This document shows positions 40,739 to 49,931 of a stretch of 64,000 nucleotides of DNA, piece after piece. How positions within the stretch are numbered: the stretch's first letter is position 1; the number at the start of each line of letters is the position of its first letter. The notes under the pieces were generated by a model, which worked only from the letters and a program-made list of their open reading frames with translations, was not told the DNA's origin and did not search any database. The DNA lies in sequence record OR896820.1, one strand, 5' to 3'. The translations under genes and the position numbers were made by a program. The DNA is from Escherchia phage Stokescottia.

Positions 40739-41047
40739 CTAGGCATTCTTGGCTTTGAGTTCTTCAGCTCGTTTCTGTACTTCATGTAAAACCTCAGATT
40801 CGCTAAGAATCTGTGTAAATGCATAGAAAAGCTGTGATGTTGTTTCTAGGGTGTAAGGAAAAGAGAAGCCAGATTTCGTTGGAAACCATTCATCATTAAT
40901 ATCAAGAAGCCAGTAACGAATACCCATGTATAGATTCCCACGAAATTCAGATACTGTTAATCTTACTTGTTCTCCCTCCTTCTCCCAAAGTATGATGGAC
41001 TGGTCATCAACGTGTCCTTCATAGTTTTGATTTACCTGTTCGCTCAT
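40739..41047 (-). CDS. PC4-like ssDNA-binding protein
   Basis: 102 aa; 'VRLTVSEFRGNLYMGIRYW...WFPTKSGFSF' matches the PC4/p15 fold signature. Confidence 0.55.
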   Translation of the reverse strand: MSEQVNQNYEGHVDDQSIILWEKEGEQVRLTVSEFRGNLYMGIRYWLLDINDEWFPTKSGFSFPYTLETTSQLFYAFTQILSESEVLHEVQKRAEELKAKNA

Positions 41048-41061
41048 TTACATATCCCAAA

Positions 41062-41087
41062 TACACAAAAAGCCCCATATAGGGGCT
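41062..41087 (-). terminator. Terminator after gene 41098-41394
   Basis: AGCCCC-ATATA-GGGGCT, with T-run on the minus strand. Confidence 0.6.
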
Positions 41088-41097
41088 AATTGGTTTC

Positions 41098-41394
41098 TTA
41101 TCGGCCTACTGGAGAAGCACGATCTAACTCTGATTGGAGGCTAGTCACACGACGGACTTTCTCGACAGGAATAAAACGGAAGCTATCATTAGTACGAGAG
41201 AAGACAAGGATTTCATCATCTTTCGCTTTACGAATACGTTCACGTTTAATACGCTCAGCCAGATATTTATCTTGGGCTGGATCAAATTCCATCGTACCCT
41301 GAAGGTACGTGGTTCCTTTCTGACGAAGTTTCTCGTAATGAAGATAAAACTCACCAAATTTTTCACATTGTGCGATAATTTCAGCTTTGGTCAT
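41098..41394 (-). CDS. Hypothetical protein
   Basis: 98-aa ORF followed by a hairpin terminator. Confidence 0.3.
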   Translation of the reverse strand: MTKAEIIAQCEKFGEFYLHYEKLRQKGTTYLQGTMEFDPAQDKYLAERIKRERIRKAKDDEILVFSRTNDSFRFIPVEKVRRVTSLQSELDRASPVGR

Positions 41395-41430
41395 AACTGT
41401 ATTCCTTTTGTTGGTGGATTTATCTAAAAA

Positions 41431-41841
41431 TTACTTAGTGATAGCTCGGATTGCTTCTGCCAGATGAGCGGCTGCTTTACCGGTCAGTTTGTCGATAATT
41501 GCATCATCCAGAAAATCTGGTGCTAAGCCAGCATCAGAAAATGCTGAACGAAGATCGGCATGAGCTTGGGCTTTGGAAGTACGAGAACCACCAGAAGCTT
41601 TTTCTCCAGTAGATGCGCTAGATTTAGAAGCAGAGCCAGCAGCTTTCTTGATATACAAACCTGCTTTAGTCAGCTTCATACGAAAACCGTTCGGAGTTAC
41701 ACCATTTTCCTGGGCAATTTCGCTAACAATTTCCATGCTAACACCCGGACGTTCATCCTCTGGGAATTGCTCCATACGAGCAACGTATTCGGAAGACATT
41801 TTTTCGAACAGTTCATCAGTCCACTGAGTTGGAGTAGTCAT
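41431..41841 (-). CDS. Hypothetical protein
   Basis: 136-aa ORF. Confidence 0.3.
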   Translation of the reverse strand: MTTPTQWTDELFEKMSSEYVARMEQFPEDERPGVSMEIVSEIAQENGVTPNGFRMKLTKAGLYIKKAAGSASKSSASTGEKASGGSRTSKAQAHADLRSAFSDAGLAPDFLDDAIIDKLTGKAAAHLAEAIRAITK

Positions 41842-41944
41842 ATTTTATATTTCCTTAATTAAGAATTAAACAGAATAGTTCTTTCAAACTATGAGAATAT
41901 TATATCAAGAATAATAGGATTAAGCAACTGAAATTTTTCTGTAG

Positions 41945-42220
41945 TTACTCCACCAGGCCAACAGCGAGCATATCATCAATGCTGGCAATCTCCCAATCGT
42001 CGGCAATAGCTTCGCATACTGTTAACGTAACAACCTCACTATAGGGATAATTACCAGCTACCCAGGTATGTTGGGTAACTACATCCAGATCAGTATCCAA
42101 AGTTAATAATACTAAACCGTTATTATCGTTATTCCAACTTTTACGATATACGGTTTTTGTTTCACCATCTTTGAGCAAATCTGTTAGCTTACTCACGGCG
42201 TTTTCCTTTTTCTTTATCAA
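41945..42220 (-). CDS. Hypothetical protein
   Basis: 91-aa ORF. Confidence 0.3.
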   Translation of the reverse strand: MIKKKENAVSKLTDLLKDGETKTVYRKSWNNDNNGLVLLTLDTDLDVVTQHTWVAGNYPYSEVVTLTVCEAIADDWEIASIDDMLAVGLVE

Positions 42221-42893
42221 GTTTCAGGGCAGCCTTAACAGCTTCGTTAATCAACGTAATAATTTCTTCACGAGTCCACTTGTATCCTAGAGATTTTACG
42301 TCTACCCCTAGTTTTTCCAGATGTTTAACAGAAGCCAGCTCGTAATTCATATAATGGACGTTCTGTTGTTTGCCTTCTGATAGAAGCCATACACGGTAGC
42401 AACCAACAGGATTATCCATTGCTTTTTTGATTTCACCGATACACTGGTATCCAGGGACCCAAACAAGCTCACCAACTGCAAATTCTTCTGCTACAGCATC
42501 ATCAGGAATAATTGGAGGATTCAATGGATCTACAATATCGTTCAAACGAAGTAGAGCACCATATCGTTCCAGAACGGATTTAACCATTGCTACAGAGCGG
42601 TAATTACGATCGGCAATTTCTTCGAAAGAATCACCAGATAAATACTGTTCAATAACGTTGGCTAACTCGATGCCTTCAATTAGTGTGCCACGTTTCTTTT
42701 TCTTCATTTCGGCAACTTGAATTTGGCGATCTTGCCACTCTTCAATCATCCTTTCCATAGTTGGATTGGATGATACGCCGAGCATTTCACATGCTGCTTT
42801 CTTAGTACCACCGTTCTCCAGATGCTCTATAACCTTTTTAAAGACTTCATCCGGGATTTCATGGATATGTTTCTTTCTACGAGAACCAGCCAT
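42189..42893 (-). CDS. HTH-containing early protein
   Basis: 234 aa; N-terminal HTH-like 'GGTKKAACEMLGVSS'; driven by a promoter nearly identical to T5 PN25. Confidence 0.35.
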   Translation of the reverse strand: MAGSRRKKHIHEIPDEVFKKVIEHLENGGTKKAACEMLGVSSNPTMERMIEEWQDRQIQVAEMKKKKRGTLIEGIELANVIEQYLSGDSFEEIADRNYRSVAMVKSVLERYGALLRLNDIVDPLNPPIIPDDAVAEEFAVGELVWVPGYQCIGEIKKAMDNPVGCYRVWLLSEGKQQNVHYMNYELASVKHLEKLGVDVKSLGYKWTREEIITLINEAVKAALKLDKEKGKRRE

Positions 42894-42924
42894 ATTTAAA
42901 CTCCTCTCTCAAATTTATGAATCT

Positions 42925-42953
42925 ATTATACAGAAATTTTTTGAACTATGCAA
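42925..42953 (-). promoter_or_regulatory. Early promoter nearly identical to T5 PN25 (TTGCAT-N17-TATAAT)
   Basis: Minus-strand 'ctgtataatagattcataaatttgagagaggag' matches the N25 promoter core as recalled. Confidence 0.7.
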
Positions 42954-42961
42954 ATAAATTT

Positions 42962-43204
42962 TTACGATTCCTTGAGCAAAGAAGCAAGTTCAGCATAGAC
43001 TTTATCTAACTCAAAGCCGATGCGAAGAGACACGTTTGTTTTCCGTTGTTTAAGTAACCACTCGGATATGTTAGGGATGCCAGCTAATCTATGCGGTACC
43101 ACCCTACATAGCTTTTCCGAAGTGTCGTAAACAGGAACTTTACGTTCTTTTACTGGGAACTTCCTTGTTTCCCATTTTTTATTCTTCACTGTCATTTCTA
43201 GCAC
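42962..43204 (-). CDS. Hypothetical protein
   Basis: 80-aa ORF. Confidence 0.25.
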   Translation of the reverse strand: MLEMTVKNKKWETRKFPVKERKVPVYDTSEKLCRVVPHRLAGIPNISEWLLKQRKTNVSLRIGFELDKVYAELASLLKES

Positions 43205-46046
43205 CTAGCTCTGCCATTGCTTCATCATGCATATGTTTCTCCTCATCAGTCATAAACTTATACGGGATTGGCATACACTCGATTTTACAATAGGTTCTGT
43301 ACCAGTCTACAATATTTTCAGTGTTCATATCCTTACCAATACCCATCATACCAAGATACATTCTGGCGTATTTTGGGTTAGCACTCTGGCCTGTTTTAAG
43401 GAAGAAATCTTTCTTCTTACCTTTCAGAGCTTCTATGAATGGTTTGATAGTGACATTTGAACACTTCTTAATATCTTCCCAGAACATCTCGTGCATTTTA
43501 TGGAAGAATGCCGCTCGATCATTCGGTTTATCCTTGATATACTGTTCAACATGCTCAACTGTTACATCTTTAATAGACTCAAGATGATAATAGCGAACAA
43601 GAAGTAGTTTAGCTTCATACGCATCTGCATGGCGTGGAGCACAATAATCAGGAGTTGAATACAAAATAGCTTTGATTCGCTCTTCCGTATACTCTTTTCC
43701 TGCACCTTCGATAGTTCCCCAGCTTTCACTGAAAATATCAATAGTTGCACCCTGATCAAGCAAGTAATAACGTAAAGTACTAGTATAATTCCTAGACTCC
43801 AGCTCCCTGCGACGTGCGTATAATTGCTGTGCTAACTCCAGCCAACCTTCATCAATGTTATATTGCTCAGAACCTGCGGAGAACCCACTCGTAGATTTAT
43901 CAATAAAATAATAAATGTTCTGAGCGCCACGGTCGCGCCTGATTGCTTGGAAACGCATGTTTGGCGCTTGGTTTGAGGTTCTAGTAATAACGAATACGTT
44001 ATCAAAGTAGTTAAAGTCAACACCACTTGTTACGGATGGACTACATAATAAGCAATCAATTTGTTGATCAATTAGCTCATTAGTTGTGTAATCCAGAATA
44101 CGTCTAATATCCACATCAGACGTAGAGTTTGAGTGGATTTCCTTAACTAACGCACCCGTATTACGACGCAGAGCCATACCCTTCTCATTCAGTTCATCCG
44201 GCCCACAGTCAGATACTAGGATAGATTTCTCCCCCATCTCTAGAGAAGTCTGAAGTGCAACCCAAATACTGGATTCATCCGGGAACTCATAAGCATGAGC
44301 TTTTGATAGCATTTTACGGTGATGATTATAAAATGCAACCGGTTTATCAAACTCAATCAAAGAACCATATGCTTCAATGGTTTCTGCACTAATATCCCCA
44401 TCAGATAATATAATGATTTTTGCAGTTGCAAGAATATCCCGAAGAACCTGAATACATTCACGACGTTGTTTAACAACCGGGGCGAATAATAGGTCATTCA
44501 TTACAGCATCACATTCATCGATAAAGATTGCATCAATTTGACCAATAAAACTCTTGAACTTATGCAAAGAATGTATAGTTGTGGACATACGGTCAATAGC
44601 GCCACGCTTAAAATTAAGCATATCTACAGACTTATCATATTGTCCTGCACTAAATTTCTTAGCATTTGAAGATACCAGTGCTCGAGTATTGGTAATTGCT
44701 AAGAAATTACCTTTAATAACTCCTGAATCTAACCAACGCACAACCGCTGTAGTTTTACCTGTACCTAGACTTGCTTTTACAAAAGTCATATAACCTTCTG
44801 GTGGTACAGTATTTAATTTCAAGAAGTTATCAGTTTCTAGAGAATTAGTTTCTAGCTTTTTAAGTGGAATACCTTTTAAAACATCAGGTATATCACGTTT
44901 AGAATTATTAACAAACGCTTTCAGAGCCTGTTTACGACCGTTATTAAAGTAATCTTGAATATTACGACTATTATCTTTAGTTGCAATATATTCTGATAAG
45001 GCTGGGCGGATTTCTTTTTCTAGCCATGCAAAATCAACACCATCCTCTAAAGCTCTGTGATAGAGTTTAGGAATAATACGTAGATACACTCCATCCTCAG
45101 CTTCTTCTAGTTCGCTGATAGTTTCCTCTACTTTATCAGAGGCAGCTTTTTTACCTTTAATTTGGTCGAGTAAAGAGTAAAACTCCTCCTTAAACTCACC
45201 TCTAGTTGTTTCATAGTCAACCAGATTATTAGGTAAATTTACTTTAGAACCCTTAACAAATACCAGACGTGAAGCACCCTCCGCTTTAAACGGATCTACT
45301 ATACCATCGGTAAATAACGGATCTGCAAAATAATGGAGCTGTACGGAAGAGTAATAAGCTAAGTCGGCAATATCAAAGCCATACTTTTGTCTACTACTTT
45401 CGTTGATAGATGTAAATAAGAATTTGATTTGACCCTGAGTTACTTTAACATTAGATTCTAGTATTAAGTGCATTCGGATACCTGGTTTTAGCCCAGCCGA
45501 AGACGATGCATGAGCGATAAACCCTGCATCAAGAGGAAACATATCCTCACTAATACTATTTAACATTCTAATAATATGTCTAGCCATGCCAACAAGATCA
45601 AACTTGTTACAACCACCTGTATCTACAATACCATCCACATCCATTGCAATTATATGGCTTGGGTTAGATACATTAAAGTTGCCCTTCTTACGCCGCACAT
45701 TATTTTTAGGTGCAAGACATCGACCTCGTACCGCAACGATATGAGGGTCAGACGTTAAACGTCTCATAAGAGGAAGCATTTCTACTAGAGTTTGCGGATC
45801 AACTTCATCAATTACATCAAACTTGAAGGGCATTGAAGCTGGTTTACCTTCAGGATGCTTTGAGGAGAATCTTTTAGCAAAAAGATAGTCTTCTGCTTTA
45901 ACTTCTCGCCAATTGCCTGTGGCTAAATCGCGATGAAATCCTGCATGACCTTGTAGGATTGAGAACACAACAATACTCCTGTGTTGGAAATGAAATAAGT
46001 TTTCTTTAGGACTATTCAGAAAGAATAGAACAACTGTTACTGTCAA
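43179..46046 (-). CDS. Large P-loop ATPase / putative SF2 helicase, possible replication initiation protein (start uncertain; the track uses TTG)
   Basis: Walker A 'SLGTGKTT', Walker B 'IFIDECD'; first ATG with any RBS is about 70 codons inside the ORF. Confidence 0.5.
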   Translation of the reverse strand: MTVTVVLFFLNSPKENLFHFQHRSIVVFSILQGHAGFHRDLATGNWREVKAEDYLFAKRFSSKHPEGKPASMPFKFDVIDEVDPQTLVEMLPLMRRLTSDPHIVAVRGRCLAPKNNVRRKKGNFNVSNPSHIIAMDVDGIVDTGGCNKFDLVGMARHIIRMLNSISEDMFPLDAGFIAHASSSAGLKPGIRMHLILESNVKVTQGQIKFLFTSINESSRQKYGFDIADLAYYSSVQLHYFADPLFTDGIVDPFKAEGASRLVFVKGSKVNLPNNLVDYETTRGEFKEEFYSLLDQIKGKKAASDKVEETISELEEAEDGVYLRIIPKLYHRALEDGVDFAWLEKEIRPALSEYIATKDNSRNIQDYFNNGRKQALKAFVNNSKRDIPDVLKGIPLKKLETNSLETDNFLKLNTVPPEGYMTFVKASLGTGKTTAVVRWLDSGVIKGNFLAITNTRALVSSNAKKFSAGQYDKSVDMLNFKRGAIDRMSTTIHSLHKFKSFIGQIDAIFIDECDAVMNDLLFAPVVKQRRECIQVLRDILATAKIIILSDGDISAETIEAYGSLIEFDKPVAFYNHHRKMLSKAHAYEFPDESSIWVALQTSLEMGEKSILVSDCGPDELNEKGMALRRNTGALVKEIHSNSTSDVDIRRILDYTTNELIDQQIDCLLCSPSVTSGVDFNYFDNVFVITRTSNQAPNMRFQAIRRDRGAQNIYYFIDKSTSGFSAGSEQYNIDEGWLELAQQLYARRRELESRNYTSTLRYYLLDQGATIDIFSESWGTIEGAGKEYTEERIKAILYSTPDYCAPRHADAYEAKLLLVRYYHLESIKDVTVEHVEQYIKDKPNDRAAFFHKMHEMFWEDIKKCSNVTIKPFIEALKGKKKDFFLKTGQSANPKYARMYLGMMGIGKDMNTENIVDWYRTYCKIECMPIPYKFMTDEEKHMHDEAMAELGARNDSEE

Positions 46047-46503
46047 TTTCTCAACAAATTAATTGCAAATACTGAAGTGGGGTGGCAACTTCCACTTTCA
46101 CGCTGCGCTGCTGCTTTGCTATACCGCACAAATCCTTGAGGATGGCCGCTAAGCCAGATTTGCTCACCTAATGCTTCATATACTAGCTCATACTAGATGC
46201 AATATAACTTACAGAATCACGTCTCGGAGTTTTTCACTCCTCCCGTCTCACTTCACAACCACCTCTATCTAGGTTGCTTCGAGGCCTTACCAGGGTTCCT
46301 ACGGGACGCAGATCGCTAAGTATTCTATTAACTATTTGTTTAAAAACCAACACGTAACAGTTAAAACAACCCTTAATGGGGCAGCCTAACTGTTCCGTAT
46401 CGCGGATTGTAAACAAGAAAAATTAGCAAAATCAATTTTTACTAATGTCTCTCATTTATGGGAATATTATACTATAAAATAATACTCCCTTGCAAATGAA
46501 ATT

Positions 46504-47019
46504 TTACTGAATTGATTCCCTACCATATAATTGGCCCCTAAACATCTTGGCCATAGAACATGCAACTTCATAGTTATCATATGTTCCTTTAACTACTCGT
46601 TTACGATTAATAGTAAATACTACTTGCCAGTTCTTACTACCAGAAGGGTAAACATGCATTCCTTTCTTATATTTGGTATTTCTTAGATTACCAGTTACTG
46701 TCTGATCCCTAAGATTTTCAATACGATCATCGCCTTTTATAGTGTTCTCATGATCTACCAAATCAGGTAAGTATCCATGATGCATTAAGAAGATAGCTCT
46801 GTGTCGGAGCATAGTTCTACTCCCTAGAGAAATACGGTAATAACCATTCCCCGTTGAAACACAACATTCCTTGCCTGCATTTCTTCCTGTAGTTCTAAAT
46901 AATTTTCCATCTTCATATCGGAAATTATCTAAAAGTTCTTGTTGTGTGAGCGACATCTTTACCTCCAATACATATATTATTACATAATCCATCCAATTTG
47001 TCAATGACAATTTATTCAT
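46504..47019 (-). CDS. HNH homing endonuclease
   Basis: 171 aa; HNH core 'VDHENTIKGDDRIENLR' followed by an AP2-like DNA-binding segment. Confidence 0.6.
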   Translation of the reverse strand: MNKLSLTNWMDYVIIYVLEVKMSLTQQELLDNFRYEDGKLFRTTGRNAGKECCVSTGNGYYRISLGSRTMLRHRAIFLMHHGYLPDLVDHENTIKGDDRIENLRDQTVTGNLRNTKYKKGMHVYPSGSKNWQVVFTINRKRVVKGTYDNYEVACSMAKMFRGQLYGRESIQ

Positions 47020-47098
47020 ACTGTCAATTAACTGGAAAGATTAGGTAATAATCCGAGCACTAATAGCCCGGATTATAGAGTTCAGCTAATAAAAATCA

Positions 47099-47488
47099 TT
47101 AGTCACTTAACCCCGGAACATAGATCCCAACACGGTTTAATTGTTCTTTAGCTTCTTTGAGTATATCTGGAGTGTACTCCCAAATATCATCTTCCACCTG
47201 TAAAAGATGGGGCGAACAACCGTCATCAGGCACACGACATATGGCCAAACCACGTGGATGGAACAAAGAGAAATTTAGGGCAACAATTAAACCCATAGCA
47301 GACAATTCATTCCAATCCAATTCCCATTCCCCGGCGTATCCAGACAGGAAAATGCCAATGCATGGATCATCTATTTGCTGCTCCGGAAAAGTGAAGGAGG
47401 CTTGTCTTACCCCCAACCAACGTTGTAGCAGCTTCTCCGCACGTTTCACCAAACTAGGGTCAATCTGACGCCAATATACTTGTTCCAT
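47099..47488 (-). CDS. Hypothetical protein, tandem paralog A
   Basis: 129 aa; shares 'PCIGI', 'MGL..ALN..LF.P' and 'PGL' anchors with the adjacent ORF. Confidence 0.35.
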   Translation of the reverse strand: MEQVYWRQIDPSLVKRAEKLLQRWLGVRQASFTFPEQQIDDPCIGIFLSGYAGEWELDWNELSAMGLIVALNFSLFHPRGLAICRVPDDGCSPHLLQVEDDIWEYTPDILKEAKEQLNRVGIYVPGLSD

Positions 47489-47497
47489 CCTGCCTCC

Positions 47498-47926
47498 TTA
47501 AGCAGTTAAACCTGGGATCATATACCCGAAACGTCGAAGTTTCTGAATCCCATCATTTACTTCTTCCGGTGAGTAAGACCAACCATAACGTTCATTAACC
47601 TGAAAACCAGGAGATTCACTAGTTTTATAGTTAACAACGAGGCGATGCTTAGCAGGCATAAACAGCTTATAGTTTAACGCAAAAACTAAGCCCATTTCAT
47701 CTAACTCTTTCCAGCCGACAATCTCTTCAAGACCCTCCTCTACCTGAACAATTAAACCAATACAGGGGGCCTCATCAATATCATCTTTAAAAGCAAAGGA
47801 GATTTCGTTATTCTCACACCATATTTTCAAAGAGTTAATAGCCTTATTATACAGGCTAGCTGGGAGAGTACGCCAAAAGTTAACCAAAATTGGGTTAGCT
47901 TCTTTAGAGAATACATTATTAAACAT
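47498..47926 (-). CDS. Hypothetical protein, tandem paralog B
   Basis: 142 aa; paralog of 47099-47488. Confidence 0.35.
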   Translation of the reverse strand: MFNNVFSKEANPILVNFWRTLPASLYNKAINSLKIWCENNEISFAFKDDIDEAPCIGLIVQVEEGLEEIVGWKELDEMGLVFALNYKLFMPAKHRLVVNYKTSESPGFQVNERYGWSYSPEEVNDGIQKLRRFGYMIPGLTA

Positions 47927-47928
47927 AT

Positions 47929-48441
47929 TTACACCTTAAATTGTTGTAGGGCTTTACACATTTCAAGATCTGGACTAAATTCTAACATATAGCTAACAGC
48001 TTTTAAATCTTGAAGATTTATTCCAGTCCTACCGTTGACTATAACCGTTGGATACTGATACATCATAGCACCCGCATCGTCAAGCACACACCAATGTTTG
48101 AGCCTATGCTTTTCAACGAAGCGAAGAACAGAATTACCCCTAGATAATCCACCCCCGGTAAAATCCGTTGTACCAAGAAAACGATCGATAAGGCCTAATC
48201 CGGTCATAATCTGAACATTCTCCATCTCATTTCTGACAGAGAACCAAGATGATACTCCAACAATCATTATCGGGGAAGGACGAATAAAGTCCTGAAAAGC
48301 CTTGAGAAGCGGTTTGAAAACCCAGTCACTCCCAAAGAAAATCTTTTCATCATCAGGTGCATGATGGTGGGAGATGCTCGAATTGAGCACCCCATCAATG
48401 TCTAGAAAAATAATTGGAGTATTACTTATTTCCTGATACAT
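47929..48441 (-). CDS. HAD-superfamily phosphatase-like protein
   Basis: 170 aa; motif I 'FLDIDGVL'; start overlaps the Sir2-like gene end. Confidence 0.5.
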   Translation of the reverse strand: MYQEISNTPIIFLDIDGVLNSSISHHHAPDDEKIFFGSDWVFKPLLKAFQDFIRPSPIMIVGVSSWFSVRNEMENVQIMTGLGLIDRFLGTTDFTGGGLSRGNSVLRFVEKHRLKHWCVLDDAGAMMYQYPTVIVNGRTGINLQDLKAVSYMLEFSPDLEMCKALQQFKV

Positions 48442-49237
48442 AAGGTCTATCCCCTAAATGAGCTTCTACACGAGCAATAAAATCAGGATCACTGAAAGCA
48501 TCTACCGCACCTTTACTCCAGTAAGGGATACCGCGTTCTTCCAGCTGGTACATCTCACTACGAGTCATACCTTGATAGCCCGGTTCCACCGCTAGGGCAC
48601 TATCATAGTAGTTAACAACCATTAGCTTGGCAGCAGTCAAATTAAGAACAGGAAATAATTCCCAGTAGAAATTAATTACTTGGTTAGAGCAACCAACCAC
48701 AATGATCATATCTTGACTGGTAATACCATCAAAAATATTGTACATCTCCGCATATGCTGGAGCATGCTCTCCAAAGAAGATTACATTAGGTTTAACCCAT
48801 TTATAATCATCTGGATCAATAGAATTGTATCCTACATCAATAATCCGTTTATTGCTACTATTGTAGCTATCAGCTACAACAACCTCTTTTAAATATCCGT
48901 GAATGTGCAGAATGTCACTATGTGAAACGCCAGCACGCTCAATAAGGTCATCAACGTTGGTAGTCAAGTTTACTACTTGACCTGGATATTGTTTATACCA
49001 TTCACCAATACGCAAATGCGCAAGATTGGGTTCAACAGTTTTTAGCTCTTCACGACGCTTGTTGTAAAACATATGGGTTTTATGATAAAAATTACCACGA
49101 AAGGCATGAATATTACATACTTCTTCTAGATCATAATCATCCCACAGTGCTTTACCACTAGCAGTATCAGTACGAAAAGCTCGTACACCACTTTCAACAC
49201 TCAAACCTGCACCGCTAATAATAATTAATCTACGCAT
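48422..49237 (-). CDS. Sir2-family NAD-dependent protein (sirtuin-like, no zinc ribbon)
   Basis: 271 aa; sirtuin motifs 'GAGLSVESGVRAFR', 'TTNVDDL', catalytic 'HG', 'PNVIFFGE', 'VVGCS'; no CxxC pairs. Confidence 0.65.
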   Translation of the reverse strand: MRRLIIISGAGLSVESGVRAFRTDTASGKALWDDYDLEEVCNIHAFRGNFYHKTHMFYNKRREELKTVEPNLAHLRIGEWYKQYPGQVVNLTTNVDDLIERAGVSHSDILHIHGYLKEVVVADSYNSSNKRIIDVGYNSIDPDDYKWVKPNVIFFGEHAPAYAEMYNIFDGITSQDMIIVVGCSNQVINFYWELFPVLNLTAAKLMVVNYYDSALAVEPGYQGMTRSEMYQLEERGIPYWSKGAVDAFSDPDFIARVEAHLGDRPYVSGNK

Positions 49238-49451
49238 TTTTCACCTGTTCTCTGAAGTTTTGCCCAATACTGTCTAATAGCTCAGCTAATTCTTTATTGC
49301 CTTTCTCCATTAAGGTATTAGCAATAACTTCTAGCATAGTAGCGCAGGATTCAACACCATCCTTATAGCCAGTTTCCCAGTGCTGCATTAATGCGTTTTC
49401 CAAAGCGGCGTTTAAACCCTTATCTGGTAGCATCGGCTTCGAGAATGCCAT
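49230..49451 (-). CDS. Hypothetical protein
   Basis: 73-aa ORF overlapping the Sir2-like start. Confidence 0.3.
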   Translation of the reverse strand: MAFSKPMLPDKGLNAALENALMQHWETGYKDGVESCATMLEVIANTLMEKGNKELAELLDSIGQNFREQVKNA

Positions 49452-49623
49452 AAAGTTTCTCCTCTAGTTCCATAACACGATTTTCATAAGAGGCACGCAA
49501 CTTTTCAATTGCCAGCGCACGCACTGTAACCTCATTAGAATTAATAGCTAATTGGGCCAGGTCTTCTGTTTCCATACGTCCGTTGTAAATTAAGCGATAT
49601 TTAAGATGTTTTACGTTTTTCAT
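49420..49623 (-). CDS. Hypothetical protein
   Basis: 67-aa ORF in the same overlapping operon. Confidence 0.3.
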   Translation of the reverse strand: MKNVKHLKYRLIYNGRMETEDLAQLAINSNEVTVRALAIEKLRASYENRVMELEEKLYGILEADATR

Positions 49624-49832
49624 TCTTGTTCCTCAAACATTTCAATTTCTGCATTAGCAATAGAAAGGGCGGGCTCAGATAAGCACAATCCCATCCTAGG
49701 ATCGATCTTCCCTTCGCCAATCCAAGTACTTACTAAACATAATTTAGTTATATCCTCACGGAGAATCGAACCATATGCCCCAGAATCCATAATAAAATAG
49801 ATACGTTCTTTATCTACCTTGTGAACTCTCAT
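49620..49832 (-). CDS. Hypothetical protein
   Basis: 70-aa ORF, first gene of the operon; TTGCTT-N17-TATAAT promoter and GAGGAG RBS upstream. Confidence 0.3.
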   Translation of the reverse strand: MRVHKVDKERIYFIMDSGAYGSILREDITKLCLVSTWIGEGKIDPRMGLCLSEPALSIANAEIEMFEEQE

Positions 49833-49860
49833 AGCTTTCTCCTCTCAAATTTATAAATCA

Positions 49861-49889
49861 ATTATACATAAATTTTTGGCTGAAAGCAA
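49861..49889 (-). promoter_or_regulatory. Early promoter (TTGCTT-N17-TATAAT) for the Sir2 operon
   Basis: Hexamers with 17-nt spacing; 'aaatttgagaggag' leader. Confidence 0.6.
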
Positions 49890-49931
49890 ATAAAATAAAA
49901 GCCAGGTCGACTAGCAACCCGGCTGATTAGC

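Noticed and set aside
46047-46503. Possible tRNA gene in the non-coding gap
   Set aside because: No T-arm (GGTTCGAATCC-like) or acceptor-stem complementarity found by eye on either strand; kept only as a candidate structured-RNA region
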